From the NCBI GenBank assembly GCA_045540515.1, contig JAZQHJ010000078.1, positions 1 to 57,546 of the forward strand: DNA of 57,546 nucleotides. The letters are read 5' to 3'. Below, piece after piece: positions 11,601-18,856 of this stretch. The translations under genes were made by a program, and so were the position numbers. This stretch comes from Eubacteriales bacterium (GTDB lineage Bacteria; Bacillota; Clostridia; Oscillospirales; CAG-272). Below the pieces are notes generated by a model. It made no database searches, had not been told where the DNA came from, and was given only the letters and a program-made list of their open reading frames with translations. Within the stretch, counting starts at the first letter, position 1, and each line of letters starts with the position of its first letter.

Positions 11601-12373
11601 CTTTTGTCAGTCCCATTATCGTTAAGAAAATTATACTTATAGTCTGACAGTTTAGTAATAGTTGCATCATATCTGTCAATGTTCTCAGTTTTTCCTCTAC
11701 GATTTGCACCGGCTTTATAACTTTCCAGACGTTTGATATCATCATCTATCTGCTTTGAGGTAACTGTTTTTGCATCATAGTTAGAAATATGCTTATATGC
11801 TTCAAGCTCACCAAAAGTACTGCTGTTTTTAGAAACTTTCAAAGGATTATTTAGCGTTGCACCTGGTACACTTAATGTTTTACCTTTTAATGTCTGAGTT
11901 TTGTGTAATTCTTTTTCATCTACATACTCAACGTATGGTGTACCAAAATCTTTTAATCCCTTTGAAGCTAATTCTATATAAGCATTTGCTACCTTGTTTG
12001 AACTGTCATCATAAGAATCAAGATACGACATCATTTGTGTATAAGGCTCTTTGCCAATATTGTTCTTATTAGCATTATAGTAAGCCTTTATCAAATTACA
12101 TCTGTTGTCTAAGTCACTTTTTTCTGCTAAAACACTTTTCTTTGCAACATCTTTGCCACTATAGCCAACATTACTATATTCACGCGATGCATTATTCAAA
12201 AACTGCTGAGAATCTGTAACAAAGCGTTTTATATAATTATCGCTTACATTAACGGTATATTTCTCTGCATTTTTCTTTATATCACTTGCAGATTTTTTAG
12301 ATTTATTGTTGTTACTAAAAATATATTTTCCGTTTCTTGCTTCTTGTAATATTTCTTCTGCAGTTTTAGCCAT
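2696..12373 (-). CDS. Giant 3225-aa composite virion-module protein (candidate ejected polyvalent / tape-measure-like protein) with an HExxH metallopeptidase-like module
   Basis: Uninterrupted 9678-nt ORF with ATG at 12373 and AAGGAG 9 nt upstream, in the late operon. It contains a Gly/Ala-rich hydrophobic segment (residues ~483-735), AAHELTHY at residues 1155-1162, and Lys/Glu coiled coils (~2150-2215 and ~2495-2555). Confidence 0.85.
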   Translation of the reverse strand: MAKTAEEILQEARNGKYIFSNNNKSKKSASDIKKNAEKYTVNVSDNYIKRFVTDSQQFLNNASREYSNVGYSGKDVAKKSVLAEKSDLDNRCNLIKAYYNANKNNIGKEPYTQMMSYLDSYDDSSNKVANAYIELASKGLKDFGTPYVEYVDEKELHKTQTLKGKTLSVPGATLNNPLKVSKNSSTFGELEAYKHISNYDAKTVTSKQIDDDIKRLESYKAGANRRGKTENIDRYDATITKLSDYKYNFLNDNGTDKRNVDNRKDAYSAIVTEIEGLKNKRASGTSGLDNRINELETIRNLYERSGLKTYDDYYNIETNDDYDVVSKQRKFVNPSFQEINDYSTRIDNGFTEKYDSNGNVYYVDAFGDVLDDTYYQRHTQPVVTDSYAFYTGLTDEEKEHLLTNTYISGENVDTYKNIILSGDKNNWSLLEPEEVSKYYYVLNTEGKEAADSYLENMSIITNKKNFDNRMKKAEKRAIEQPILANLASVPTGVVGGVVSGVSDGYEMLTDDYSPYDNSNIMLADSQKVREKTASNIDKKTDGANLLGFSVGDTYQALMSGADSMFAGALGVAVTKDVKSGSRFAAGALSMAAGSARARELYEQGENIGTIATEATIAAAAEYVFEQISLEKLFTKKGSKFLARVLKQARVEGYEEICTEIVNISADVVLRGDKSDVAQQAQVYMLEKGWSANVALALAVVSRIYEAGMGGLVAGSGSAAVVNAPSLSAEIKQNRQNKKYGANITEANNVNALVDSALSLPNTSENAEIIGLAKKIKSTGATKSSDLASKRFNKQVGKLYSLLQERNADLVFGAESIATKEAIREELVGLGVTESLDATVDAVYSELNGDKLSKKENALINTEQAQAVLKTIRNSSDVILNRAAEKQLEGIHNTYKTKRYLDNTNVEKSSDTEIDIEDYTQSDDGKTYIADTAQAVEVGDIKSVTKNDVVVELADGSTKSVKELSLGNKDSAVLYQGVVDIQNYMGVELSPYIANSIFNGYHESFGTAGEYISDVKSALAKGYISDNSKLTAYGLPQSVMQSYYDVGQALREAEVQKAKSKLNNSNYKTKSKVKFEGFDKSQLTARQQVGVAVVTYLADKLGYNVVFFESKRSAKTKSGFTSKYGEVNGQFDRDTNTMYIDVNAGMNGKGTILFTAAHELTHYFAKNSPEDFKAFSDFLVSEYIKHGVDVDELVKDRMQSQKLSYNEAFEEVIADSCERFLADGNLTQQVEKLSETNKSLAQKIKKLLSDLLAKVKEIYSRLSADSEESKIVSQMSDTLSDIMDKWSQGIINASKNADTVTGKSQTKNTATEDGVKHFSRENSSSLREQIIENIDLLNNMDIVAWVNSDFEFTTKQEARDWAVEQLEEYGDIINRSGFGNVILDSKRIKNGFRYLKNENEIIAFATVPQIIMKGIKIGEHSNHKNRLYNTVTFAGPVSINGTRGNVAVVVRMADNNYYKMHRLVLPDGTQFVFDIKKEDTTERAGGVNENSGLSPTDDVSTSIIPDSTEKSNSNSKKSSQRLIADTVEHFGTTYSWKETGYLLTDGRKLDFSGRKFGSNARYRTIDHREIWDGFSEEDQEQFESGSEAMVHFMQQGNIRIMPESDGINLSVAPTKAQESALSDYITRANGEILLDIDDLQGNTKVSVEYPSGTKTSKIINDIRQYFADGTEPYVSSIQEFRYSRRYTDIDLNTLDDNELKVYNNRGWASGLFTDEEHKLLQEKFNELNTRTRQKTDNVLGDGTRVVEVNNKLVLISGPFEAPIIHNVLVINANNETEAEIYKEIIYYEQEDHKRNKSEYSYGLQLSENIIGSQFVRNYESADFSYHKGRKDTGERALLPDSFKSYGYTKQFTERTGSNTETETYLSAYNQIGEKLYQTRLDFDGETKYQPRPSIDDFLFDDEYSELTDNDAYLIGQYITGDALTVNHLINNTRKTELSDSALNRIVSKLVKSYNLDSSNNKDISIALLSLLDSKNISDVKANMELISSTFEKVIKNTTFATEDDIALKEDLSEYLNDFRKKNSVYLTDDQVSSLEFQGRSVGWLKNQLFGKLNVVKKNSDTKSRKVDFATFYYDLAQEFPQVFSAEDSDAVDNWETFLEKVDRIYHPQDAGVEYAFGKSQNNLAGELTGRLIADVVEKKYNNRKNGYVDTLVRKLHREHNEKVKKAKAETRRKVQEAEKKKYDKLVEKHKQERKNLTERRNKTELRGKIRKLTDSFKSRLLHPTQNKYVPRELVSQTIDVLNAINLDSGRSEKLTEKIASLRTVYDAMKNDASYYAAYDDTVSNMMLHLTDILGNTSITNMSFRQLQYTYDTLKALDTVVCESVKLTDTEYKQSTHEFGRTLIQEIRDIPKSHDSLLDKYLTMMTSPESFFDTIAGFKKDSNSSKLYRMLNDGQLKTTRMEMEFYQLFDELLADRKSLKTLINTKELVDIGLSDDEGNKIQITRGMMLSLYMHLTNQQNANHIQRGGLTVPDIASYYKGDMDKAFGTKQESARGISLLTSKLNHQLSELEDELEEAKDDPKKTKDIQNKIDDVKTKLENAKSQGEQYISGLRGAIESQLTEYEKQWLSTAHYFFDTVTKRELNDTTYKLYGYAKATVKNYYPIHTDSNYRAASFENIVRDLSLENSGMMKSRTMGASNPILLEDITDVITTYIDRVSTYCGMTIPIKNFQKVYGTTKAGFETSVQRELSLKFSKIATNYIDDLLTDLTAGRKGSTDFISKTLDKARGSLAHATLSVNLRVAIAQAASYPTAAAEIGWKPLIKALAKGGKNGSVISRADKELIAKWSPLLYKRMQGYSTTEIGDLKSERSKRIVAEKKMRWLLGWIQAVDGATVGRLWYAAEYYVQDNKTDLKKGTDTYYEEVAKVFNNIVERTQPNYATMQRPDLLRNPNSLLKTMTMFMTQRLQNFNIVYRSVGKYNKMLKDYKSGKNEVTVQDVKDAKIDLNRAVSSQAVAAVTIVAMKALSDILMHSLNGYRDDDDELTAESVSLTLLDNLIDTIVGCVFLGSDMYSLSKVLWNKWFGDGKDYYYGMSLNGVETFAEIADSIVDFSGEPNLENFNNLAKSVCQLTGIPLTNVEKIATGLYYWYVDIANGDFLKFEAGTNRSISQNINRYNTAYEKGNTTETQLIVDEIVQEKYDEYYIQGYTKEEAKKKAISSVKSSFGNYYKDVYLNYLFVEKNANKANQIKRVLYSTGLWSKLADIDKLCQGWREGYLEKQDREKQAESRK
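8891..8905 (-). other. HExxH motif (H1157-E-L-T-H1161) of the giant protein
   Basis: The reverse complement of atgtgttagctcgtg is CAC GAG CTA ACA CAT. Protein context: GKGTILFTAAHELTHYFAKNSPEDF ... EEVIADSCERF. Confidence 0.7.
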
Positions 12374-12386
12374 ACATTAACTCTCC

Positions 12387-13337
12387 TTATATTAATCCTT
12401 TTGCCCACATAACATATGCCTTTTGTCCCTCAGACAAGTTTGATTTGTCTAAATGTGTCATTATGCTATTTTTATCGTCTGTTCGTATACTCGCTAAAAA
12501 ACGTCTTACCGCTTCATCATCGGCATATTGCGACACATCTGTTCTATCTGATGAACCCGATGCATCCGATGAGCCTGATGAGCTCTTATTGTTCAGTGCC
12601 GCATAATTATAGGCCATTTGTGAATTAAACTGGTCTTCCGCTACTGCTTGTTCGTATGCAGCCTGATTAAAGTTTTGTGCATTATAATAATTGTTCCAGT
12701 CAAGAGAATTAGCATTATATCTATTGCTCTCGTTTTGTGCCCAAACATCCTGATTAAGACCACGTAAAGTAGTGAGGTCATTGTATGCATAATCTCTGTC
12801 ACTCTGCCAATCTGAAACCTTGTCTCTGTACTTGCTATAATCAAGTGCGTCCTGATTCTGATACATACCAAGCTGATTATATAACTCTGCACCCTCGTCC
12901 TTATATTTTGAGTATGCATTTTGATATAGCTCAGGCACAACATTATTAAGTTCAGATAAATAATTCTGATACGCCTGATTACCAACCGCTGTAGCGTAAC
13001 TGTTTCCATAGCCGCCAGTAAGTGCCGAAGCTTGTCCTATTGTGTCCTGCATAGCCATTTTTCCCAATCCTGTATATTGGTCTTTATACTGCTGATACAA
13101 AGCGTCTGCGTTAACATCGTAAGAAAAAGGCTTTCTGTTAGCTATAGAATTTATTGTATTGTCTATCTGACTTTGATAAGCCGACTGATACGCAGAAGGT
13201 TTACTTGCCAACTGTTGCTTTAAAGTGTTTTGAGCTTGTGCTATCTGAGACGCATATGCTCCTTGTTTTTCGTCATATTCTTTTGGCTTATATACAGTTG
13301 ACGGCATATTATAATTTATTGTTTTATATGTAGCCAT
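12387..13337 (-). CDS. Q/N/Y-rich 316-aa virion-region protein of unknown function
   Basis: ORF in the late operon with TAATG coupling upstream. Low-complexity composition (AYQSAYQSQ, YNANSLDWNNYYNAQNFNQAAYEQ) and a Ser-rich tract. Confidence 0.6.
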   Translation of the reverse strand: MATYKTINYNMPSTVYKPKEYDEKQGAYASQIAQAQNTLKQQLASKPSAYQSAYQSQIDNTINSIANRKPFSYDVNADALYQQYKDQYTGLGKMAMQDTIGQASALTGGYGNSYATAVGNQAYQNYLSELNNVVPELYQNAYSKYKDEGAELYNQLGMYQNQDALDYSKYRDKVSDWQSDRDYAYNDLTTLRGLNQDVWAQNESNRYNANSLDWNNYYNAQNFNQAAYEQAVAEDQFNSQMAYNYAALNNKSSSGSSDASGSSDRTDVSQYADDEAVRRFLASIRTDDKNSIMTHLDKSNLSEGQKAYVMWAKGLI

Positions 13338-13471
13338 TATTTTCGGTCTCCTTTATCTAAAATAGAAACGATATAGTTAAGTTGTTGTGATAATTGAAAC
13401 AGATAATCGTTAATCTGTTTAATCTGTTCTTTTATTGTTAACCCTTTAATATTTGGTGGTTTAATAAGCAT
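13337..13471 (-). CDS. 44-aa ORF translationally coupled to both neighbours (below the 60-aa cutoff of the ORF track)
   Basis: My translation is MLIKPPNIKGLTIKEQIKQINDYLFQLSQQLNYIVSILDKGDRK. Its ATG overlaps the stop of the 781-aa gene (TAATG) and its TAA overlaps the ATG of the 316-aa gene (TAATG). Confidence 0.45.
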   Translation of the reverse strand: MLIKPPNIKGLTIKEQIKQINDYLFQLSQQLNYIVSILDKGDRK

Positions 13472-15816
13472 TAAATGTCGCTCCCTTGCTCTAAAGTCTT
13501 AGATATCGAATATATCTTCACATCTCCTACACCCTCTATGCGTAGTTTGAAGTGATCACAGCGTTTAGGTCTAATAGACTGAGTTATAGTTTTCAACTTT
13601 TCACCCATTAAAGTAACCTTGTGCTCCCATATACCATTAGAATCGTACTGAATATATATTGACACTTTAGCTCCAAGTTCCATGCTGAGTCGTACTGAAA
13701 TACGAGTAATATACTTCTTATCAGCATACGAAAGCCCCATCTCGCCAGTCTCTATATACCACTCAACATTCTTCTCTTTAACCCCGCCTGTACCAAACAA
13801 AGAATATAATGTGCCATCTTCTATATAATAAATATCATTATCCACAGAGCACATCTGAGCAATATTTAATTCATCCTCTTTGTGCCACAAGCTATACTGT
13901 GTATCAAGCACAAACAATTTTCTTTTTGCCGTTTCTACATTTATCATTGAAATGTAATATTTGTTCTTATATGCGCATGCTATAGCATCTGTGTACATCT
14001 TATTTCCAAGAGCATGTGATACACAGTTTGGCAATGAACCTGAATACGCCATGACTCCCGCACGAGATTTATAATATAAAACCTCGTTTATAAGAGCCAA
14101 ACTGTTTTCGCTACCTTTTTGTACTCCTCTGCACGCAGTATCATTAATTTGATACTGTGCCGGATAATTACCATAAACCATATGCATATAGTTTTCCTTA
14201 AAAAATAGCGGATAACCTTGATATGATATTGCGCCGGTAAAAACTCCATCAGTACCGAGTGACGCGACATAGCTGTCTGTAGATACTCCCTCAAAACAAT
14301 TCCAGTTCTTAAAATCTCCCAGTTTGCTCGCATATATCTCGTTGACTGTTTCTCCGTTTGCGTTTGTGCCGTATCTACAACCCCACAGCCTATTTTTGCT
14401 TTCTATTACAAAATCCATCTCTGGCATTGTTCTACTTAAAGTGATAGCCTCATCTTGCATATATTGTGATTCTATTGTCGGACAGATTTTATCTCCCTCT
14501 TTTACGGTTAACCCCCAACTTAAAGTTAAGTTTGTATAATATCTATCTGTTAAATATTCTTCAGCCTTATATATCATCAATCCAGGGGTATAATTAACTT
14601 CTTTTGATAAAATTACGTAGTAATTATTTTCATCAACACCAATGCTTTCAATTCTGTTTACTTCCCCATTAATCAAAACTAAAGTAGCAGCATTAATATA
14701 GTTTCTAATGTCTGCGTAAGACCCTGTTCCACCAACAAATAGTTTTTTAGTTGTTACATTAACACCGTTGGCAGTCGTAGCATATAAACTGCTGAAAGCA
14801 TCACAAAAACCTGTACTGCTGTTTCTATACTCTATACTTTGATTAGGTGCTGTGTTAGCTATTGCATAAGCCACTTGATTTCCAATATGTATATACTTGC
14901 CTGCAAGCGCATTTTCTTCAAAATCAGAGTCACAATAAGCGGGCAAATTTCCACCATCTTCAACCGTTCTACTATCTACAGCTTCAAGCACAAAATTACT
15001 TTCCATAGTACTTATCAGTCCTGTAACTATAATCGAATCATCGTCTGGTATGCTCTTTATAACAGTAGTAGCATTTAGATCCTGTATGTTTATATTTACA
15101 ACACCGCTTATCTTGATTCCGTCTCCTTCTTTAAAACATGTACCAATACCCTTAGCACCTATTTTTACCAACGTCGAAGTAAAACCATACCACGAAGAAT
15201 TAGAAGCAATATAATATTTGAGCGAAGCTGGAGAAACTGACGTGTCTAACCATACATAATCATCAGCAACATTCACAGGTTCTTTATCTCCTACATAATT
15301 TATTGAATACACTTCACCGTTTGAGCGACACGCTTGTAACGTTACTTTTTCTTCTGACGTGAAATTTTGCTCTATATATCCATAATCGTTCCAATTGTCG
15401 TCAGTATCGTTTATGATACTCATAGTATTAACATACTGTTTATCTGGCAAAATAATCAAATATGCGCCCATAGGGATAATTTGTCTTTTTACCTTACTGT
15501 CATATTCAGTTGTTTTTAAACTCTTATTAAAACCTATACCTGTAAGCGTATCGTAAGCATATATATGTAAGTAGTTATCAGTCACTGTCACATAATAAAA
15601 CACAGACTTATATATCATACCTTGTACATTGCTTGATCGTATCGGTGCTACGCCTCGTTTTGCTCGTGGTGATAATACTGGGTACAAAGATGAAGACATG
15701 TTTTTCATGTCATAAAATTCATTATCTTTAATCCTCAAGTTATGATTATATCCACCAAAAATATCTATCATATCTCGAGAAGAATTGTTTTTTGCGTTAA
15801 CTGTTGGGTAAATCAT
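13471..15816 (-). CDS. 781-aa virion protein (tail/adaptor candidate), function unknown
   Basis: Large ORF between the head genes and the giant gene. It has beta-rich repeated Y/G patterns and no motif I can name. Confidence 0.6.
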   Translation of the reverse strand: MIYPTVNAKNNSSRDMIDIFGGYNHNLRIKDNEFYDMKNMSSSLYPVLSPRAKRGVAPIRSSNVQGMIYKSVFYYVTVTDNYLHIYAYDTLTGIGFNKSLKTTEYDSKVKRQIIPMGAYLIILPDKQYVNTMSIINDTDDNWNDYGYIEQNFTSEEKVTLQACRSNGEVYSINYVGDKEPVNVADDYVWLDTSVSPASLKYYIASNSSWYGFTSTLVKIGAKGIGTCFKEGDGIKISGVVNINIQDLNATTVIKSIPDDDSIIVTGLISTMESNFVLEAVDSRTVEDGGNLPAYCDSDFEENALAGKYIHIGNQVAYAIANTAPNQSIEYRNSSTGFCDAFSSLYATTANGVNVTTKKLFVGGTGSYADIRNYINAATLVLINGEVNRIESIGVDENNYYVILSKEVNYTPGLMIYKAEEYLTDRYYTNLTLSWGLTVKEGDKICPTIESQYMQDEAITLSRTMPEMDFVIESKNRLWGCRYGTNANGETVNEIYASKLGDFKNWNCFEGVSTDSYVASLGTDGVFTGAISYQGYPLFFKENYMHMVYGNYPAQYQINDTACRGVQKGSENSLALINEVLYYKSRAGVMAYSGSLPNCVSHALGNKMYTDAIACAYKNKYYISMINVETAKRKLFVLDTQYSLWHKEDELNIAQMCSVDNDIYYIEDGTLYSLFGTGGVKEKNVEWYIETGEMGLSYADKKYITRISVRLSMELGAKVSIYIQYDSNGIWEHKVTLMGEKLKTITQSIRPKRCDHFKLRIEGVGDVKIYSISKTLEQGSDI

Positions 15817-15827
15817 TAAACTACCCC

Positions 15828-16199
15828 CTAAAAATATGTTATATGTGAAAAGCCATTTGGCTTGTGTGTTCGTATGTAATATCGCCTATAATTATCAAAC
15901 AAAGCATCAAATGTTGTTATGTTTATGTCGTATTTATCAAATTCATTATTGTGATAATCTATTTTGGCGAGTAAATAGTATATATACATTTCGTCAAACG
16001 GCGCCGGAACAAGTAGTTCTGTTTCTGTTGATACATCCTGATCATATCCATCAAACTCTAAATTTTCGTTTCCTTCATAACCGTCTAATATTTCTGTTTT
16101 TATCTGCATATCAAGAGTTGAAAGCCAATTTATCTTTTCTTTTTCATAATCGTTTGGCTTTAGCTCATTTACTGTTGCTATAACTTGACTTATTTTCAT
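15828..16199 (-). CDS. 123-aa head-proximal structural protein (possible connector/adaptor)
   Basis: ORF in the late operon downstream of the capsid gene; acidic; assigned by position only. Confidence 0.5.
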   Translation of the reverse strand: MKISQVIATVNELKPNDYEKEKINWLSTLDMQIKTEILDGYEGNENLEFDGYDQDVSTETELLVPAPFDEMYIYYLLAKIDYHNNEFDKYDINITTFDALFDNYRRYYIRTHKPNGFSHITYF

Positions 16200-16256
16200 T
16201 GTTTCTACTCCTTAATATTCAAAACAAGGGGAGCTGTGATAGCCCCCCTATTCATA

Positions 16257-16487
16257 TTATTCCTTTGATTTTGAAGCGTTAATAAACTGTATGCTTCTCA
16301 TGTTCTGTTCCTGACTGTCAATTATCATATCAGCAACATAACGTGGTACAGTTACATCTTCACCCTTTTTTATTGCGATAGTCTTTTCGTTAACTGAAAC
16401 AAAAACTGTATCAGGTTCATTCTTAGACAAAAGAGGAATTTTTATAGTAACGTCTTCCATCAAATAGTTTTTCTTTGTTTTAGCCAT
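16257..16487 (-). CDS. 76-aa hypothetical late protein
   Basis: ORF with an AGGAG-type RBS directly after the capsid gene hairpin. Confidence 0.5.
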   Translation of the reverse strand: MAKTKKNYLMEDVTIKIPLLSKNEPDTVFVSVNEKTIAIKKGEDVTVPRYVADMIIDSQEQNMRSIQFINASKSKE

Positions 16488-16505
16488 ATTGTTCTCCTAT
16501 TCACA

Positions 16506-16530
16506 GCAGAGGGTAGTTATTACCCCCTGC
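16506..16530 (-). terminator. GC-rich hairpin after the capsid gene (attenuator/stabiliser; no clear U-tract)
   Basis: GCAGAGGGTA-gttat-TACCCCCTGC, a 10-bp stem with one G-U in the RNA, lies 17 nt after the capsid stop. Confidence 0.35.
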
Positions 16531-16546
16531 TATATCATAAATATTA

Positions 16547-17800
16547 TTAGTTAGCCTCTTCCTCGTTATAAGTAGAACCAACTTCAAGTCTTACCATCCA
16601 GTTTTCACGAAGAATCTCGGAAACCTTAGATGCCTTCCAACCAGCAGAACCTCTCTGGTCAAGTGGGTCAGCTGTACCGGAAGAACCAAGCTGCTTGACA
16701 AATGTCTTAAGACCGCCGTTAGTAAGCTTTGTGGTTGCATATGCACCCTTACCAACAAATAAGCAAGAGAATACCGAACAACCCTCTGCGCCACCTTCAC
16801 CAGGATAAATAACTGTGTTGTCTGCACAGCTTATTGTACCAGCAAGCTGTAAAGTTGTTGCTGTGTTGCTTGTAACCTGAAGCCTCTTGCCATCGATAAT
16901 AACATATCTGCCCTTAAGAGAGTTAGGTTCAACTGTACCACCATCAAAAGTAACTGATGTTGTAAGTGAAGCAATTGCGCCGTTTACTGTAAGTGTTCTT
17001 GAATCAGATGCAAGGTCAGCGCCTGAGAAAATTTTAGCTTCTGTAGACTCACAAAAACGAACACCGCCAATTTTACCGATTTCGCCCTCTTTGAGATTAT
17101 CAGGGTCAGCATACTTGCTGATATCGATAAACAGTGGGTCGTTCTGAAGGTCTTCTGATACGCAAGGATGTATGATACAGAAATATGAACCATCTATCTT
17201 TGGTGCATTCTGCTTCTTCAACTTTGTAACAGCTTTCTTGATTTCCTTTACATTTAGCTTGTTTTCTGGTGTAAGAGAATAACGAGTATAAGCCTTTGTG
17301 TTTTCTACACCACTCTCGCTATATGTAGATGCATAAGATACATTTGTACCAGCGTTGATACAATTACGTGTGACAGTATCAAGTGTAACACCAGCCTGAG
17401 CACCAAGAAGTTCAAGAGCCTCAGCAACGTTGTTGTCGATAGTAGTCATCTGGACCATATCAGTAAGTGGTACGAAATCGCCATACTGATCAACAGTAGC
17501 TGTGATAGTTGTTACTACAAGCTTACTGCCCTCTGGTGTAACACCTTCAACAAGTGGTGTGTCTGCTTTCATTAGCGGTGCGTACTTTCTAAACTCAATA
17601 CTCTTACCGCTACCAGCTGGGATATCCTTCTGAATGGCAAACTGATCATGTACAAGGTTAGGTGATGCTTCTTTAAGCGCTACCTTATCATAAAATGTCT
17701 TCATCTCCGCTGAAAGTCCATCGGAGCCGGTGTTGTTTACAGGCTGTGCCTGTGGGTCATATGCAAATAACTGCAATAGATTAAGAAGTAGTTTCTTCAT
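16547..17800 (-). CDS. Major capsid protein (HK97-fold; resembles the N4-gp56-type family from memory)
   Basis: Follows the scaffold gene. Contains KTFYDKVALKEASPNLVHDQFAIQKDIPAGSGKSIEFRKYAPL. I place the start at ATG 17800 (MKKLLLNLLQLFA...) with GGAG 10 nt upstream, rather than the track start at 17836. Confidence 0.8.
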   Translation of the reverse strand: MKKLLLNLLQLFAYDPQAQPVNNTGSDGLSAEMKTFYDKVALKEASPNLVHDQFAIQKDIPAGSGKSIEFRKYAPLMKADTPLVEGVTPEGSKLVVTTITATVDQYGDFVPLTDMVQMTTIDNNVAEALELLGAQAGVTLDTVTRNCINAGTNVSYASTYSESGVENTKAYTRYSLTPENKLNVKEIKKAVTKLKKQNAPKIDGSYFCIIHPCVSEDLQNDPLFIDISKYADPDNLKEGEIGKIGGVRFCESTEAKIFSGADLASDSRTLTVNGAIASLTTSVTFDGGTVEPNSLKGRYVIIDGKRLQVTSNTATTLQLAGTISCADNTVIYPGEGGAEGCSVFSCLFVGKGAYATTKLTNGGLKTFVKQLGSSGTADPLDQRGSAGWKASKVSEILRENWMVRLEVGSTYNEEEAN

Positions 17801-17852
17801 TTTGTTTTTTCTCCTTTGTTTTTTAATTGTGTTCAAGGAGAAAAAGTAACCT

Positions 17853-18797
17853 TTAGAACTTGTTTACTAAGTCTATGTCTTTCTCTCCCGAACGGACTCT
17901 GTCGAGAATTTTTTCGACATCCGCATTACTGAGTGAGGACACATCACTCTTGGTTACAACTGCCGCAGAAGACATAGCAGCTCCCTCGTTTGGTCTACCC
18001 TGATTAGCTCTAATGTTATCTGTTACCTTTTTTGTAGCAGATTGAGCAGCTGCTTCCATCGCAGCCGGAATAGCTTCTCGAGCATTTAACGCAGTCACAG
18101 CCGACAAAGCATCAATACCCAGATGCATCATCTTTATAAACTGTTCATTCTGCATAGCATCATCAAAAGTGATGTTTGGATATACAGATTTGACGTTTGT
18201 TTCAAAGTCTTTATACCATCTTGAGACTTCCTCTCGTCTCTGCTGGTCTTGTATCTGAGCATCTCTCTGTGCTATTGCTACATCGCGTTCTCTCTCAGCT
18301 GATTTCATACGTCTTAAAACATTAACATCTAAACCCTGTTTCATCGCTTCTTCTTCAAGATACCTGTCATCGTTCTGAATAGCTTTCACAAGACCTGATA
18401 TATCATCTGTGTTAACGTTGTAATACTCAGCCAAAAGCTGTAACGCTGGCTGTGTAGCCTGTAGCTTAGCCTCTGTCTCTTTAAGCTTTGTTTCTGTCTC
18501 CTTTGAGTTTTTTAACCTTTTTTTAACGGTGTTTTCCACCCTCTTGTTAAACTGTTCTTTGTAATCGCCCTTAATAAGCTTTTCAAATTCAGCATCCAAA
18601 TCTGGTGTATTTCCGTCTGTTGCCTGTGAGGAAGGCTCGGCAGTTACTTTATTTGAACTACCATCACTCACTTGTGACATGGCGTCTGTCGCTGTTGCGC
18701 CCATTGTGCCGTTTCCTGCTGTGCCACCTCCTGCAGCCGCTGAACCCTCAGCAAATATCTGCAGATTAACAGGAATCAAGCTAATTATTTTTGACAT
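17853..18797 (-). CDS. Scaffolding protein
   Basis: 314 aa, acidic and coiled-coil rich, located between Prp/portal and the capsid gene. Its N-terminal sequence MSKIISLIPVNLQIFAEGS carries a Prp-type motif. Confidence 0.75.
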   Translation of the reverse strand: MSKIISLIPVNLQIFAEGSAAAGGGTAGNGTMGATATDAMSQVSDGSSNKVTAEPSSQATDGNTPDLDAEFEKLIKGDYKEQFNKRVENTVKKRLKNSKETETKLKETEAKLQATQPALQLLAEYYNVNTDDISGLVKAIQNDDRYLEEEAMKQGLDVNVLRRMKSAERERDVAIAQRDAQIQDQQRREEVSRWYKDFETNVKSVYPNITFDDAMQNEQFIKMMHLGIDALSAVTALNAREAIPAAMEAAAQSATKKVTDNIRANQGRPNEGAAMSSAAVVTKSDVSSLSNADVEKILDRVRSGEKDIDLVNKF

Positions 18798-18856
18798 AAA
18801 ATTATCCTTTCTCTGTAGGTTAAGCCTACGACTCTAAATTTTGGTTTATTTTTACG

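Noticed and set aside
3324-12072. About 20 plus-strand ORFs of 60-182 aa inside the giant gene (for example 8106-8654 and 9816-10328)
   Set aside because: All are antisense to one uninterrupted 9.7-kb frame, lack RBSs, and have low-complexity Leu/Ser/Phe-rich translations typical of the reverse strand of AT-rich coding DNA.
2696-12373. Virion RNA polymerase (N4-type or crAss-type) hidden in the giant protein
   Set aside because: I could not find a convincing DxDxD double-psi-barrel motif or T7-like polymerase motifs by eye. The DDDD at residues 2975-2978 sits in a hydrophobic context. The idea is untested rather than supported.
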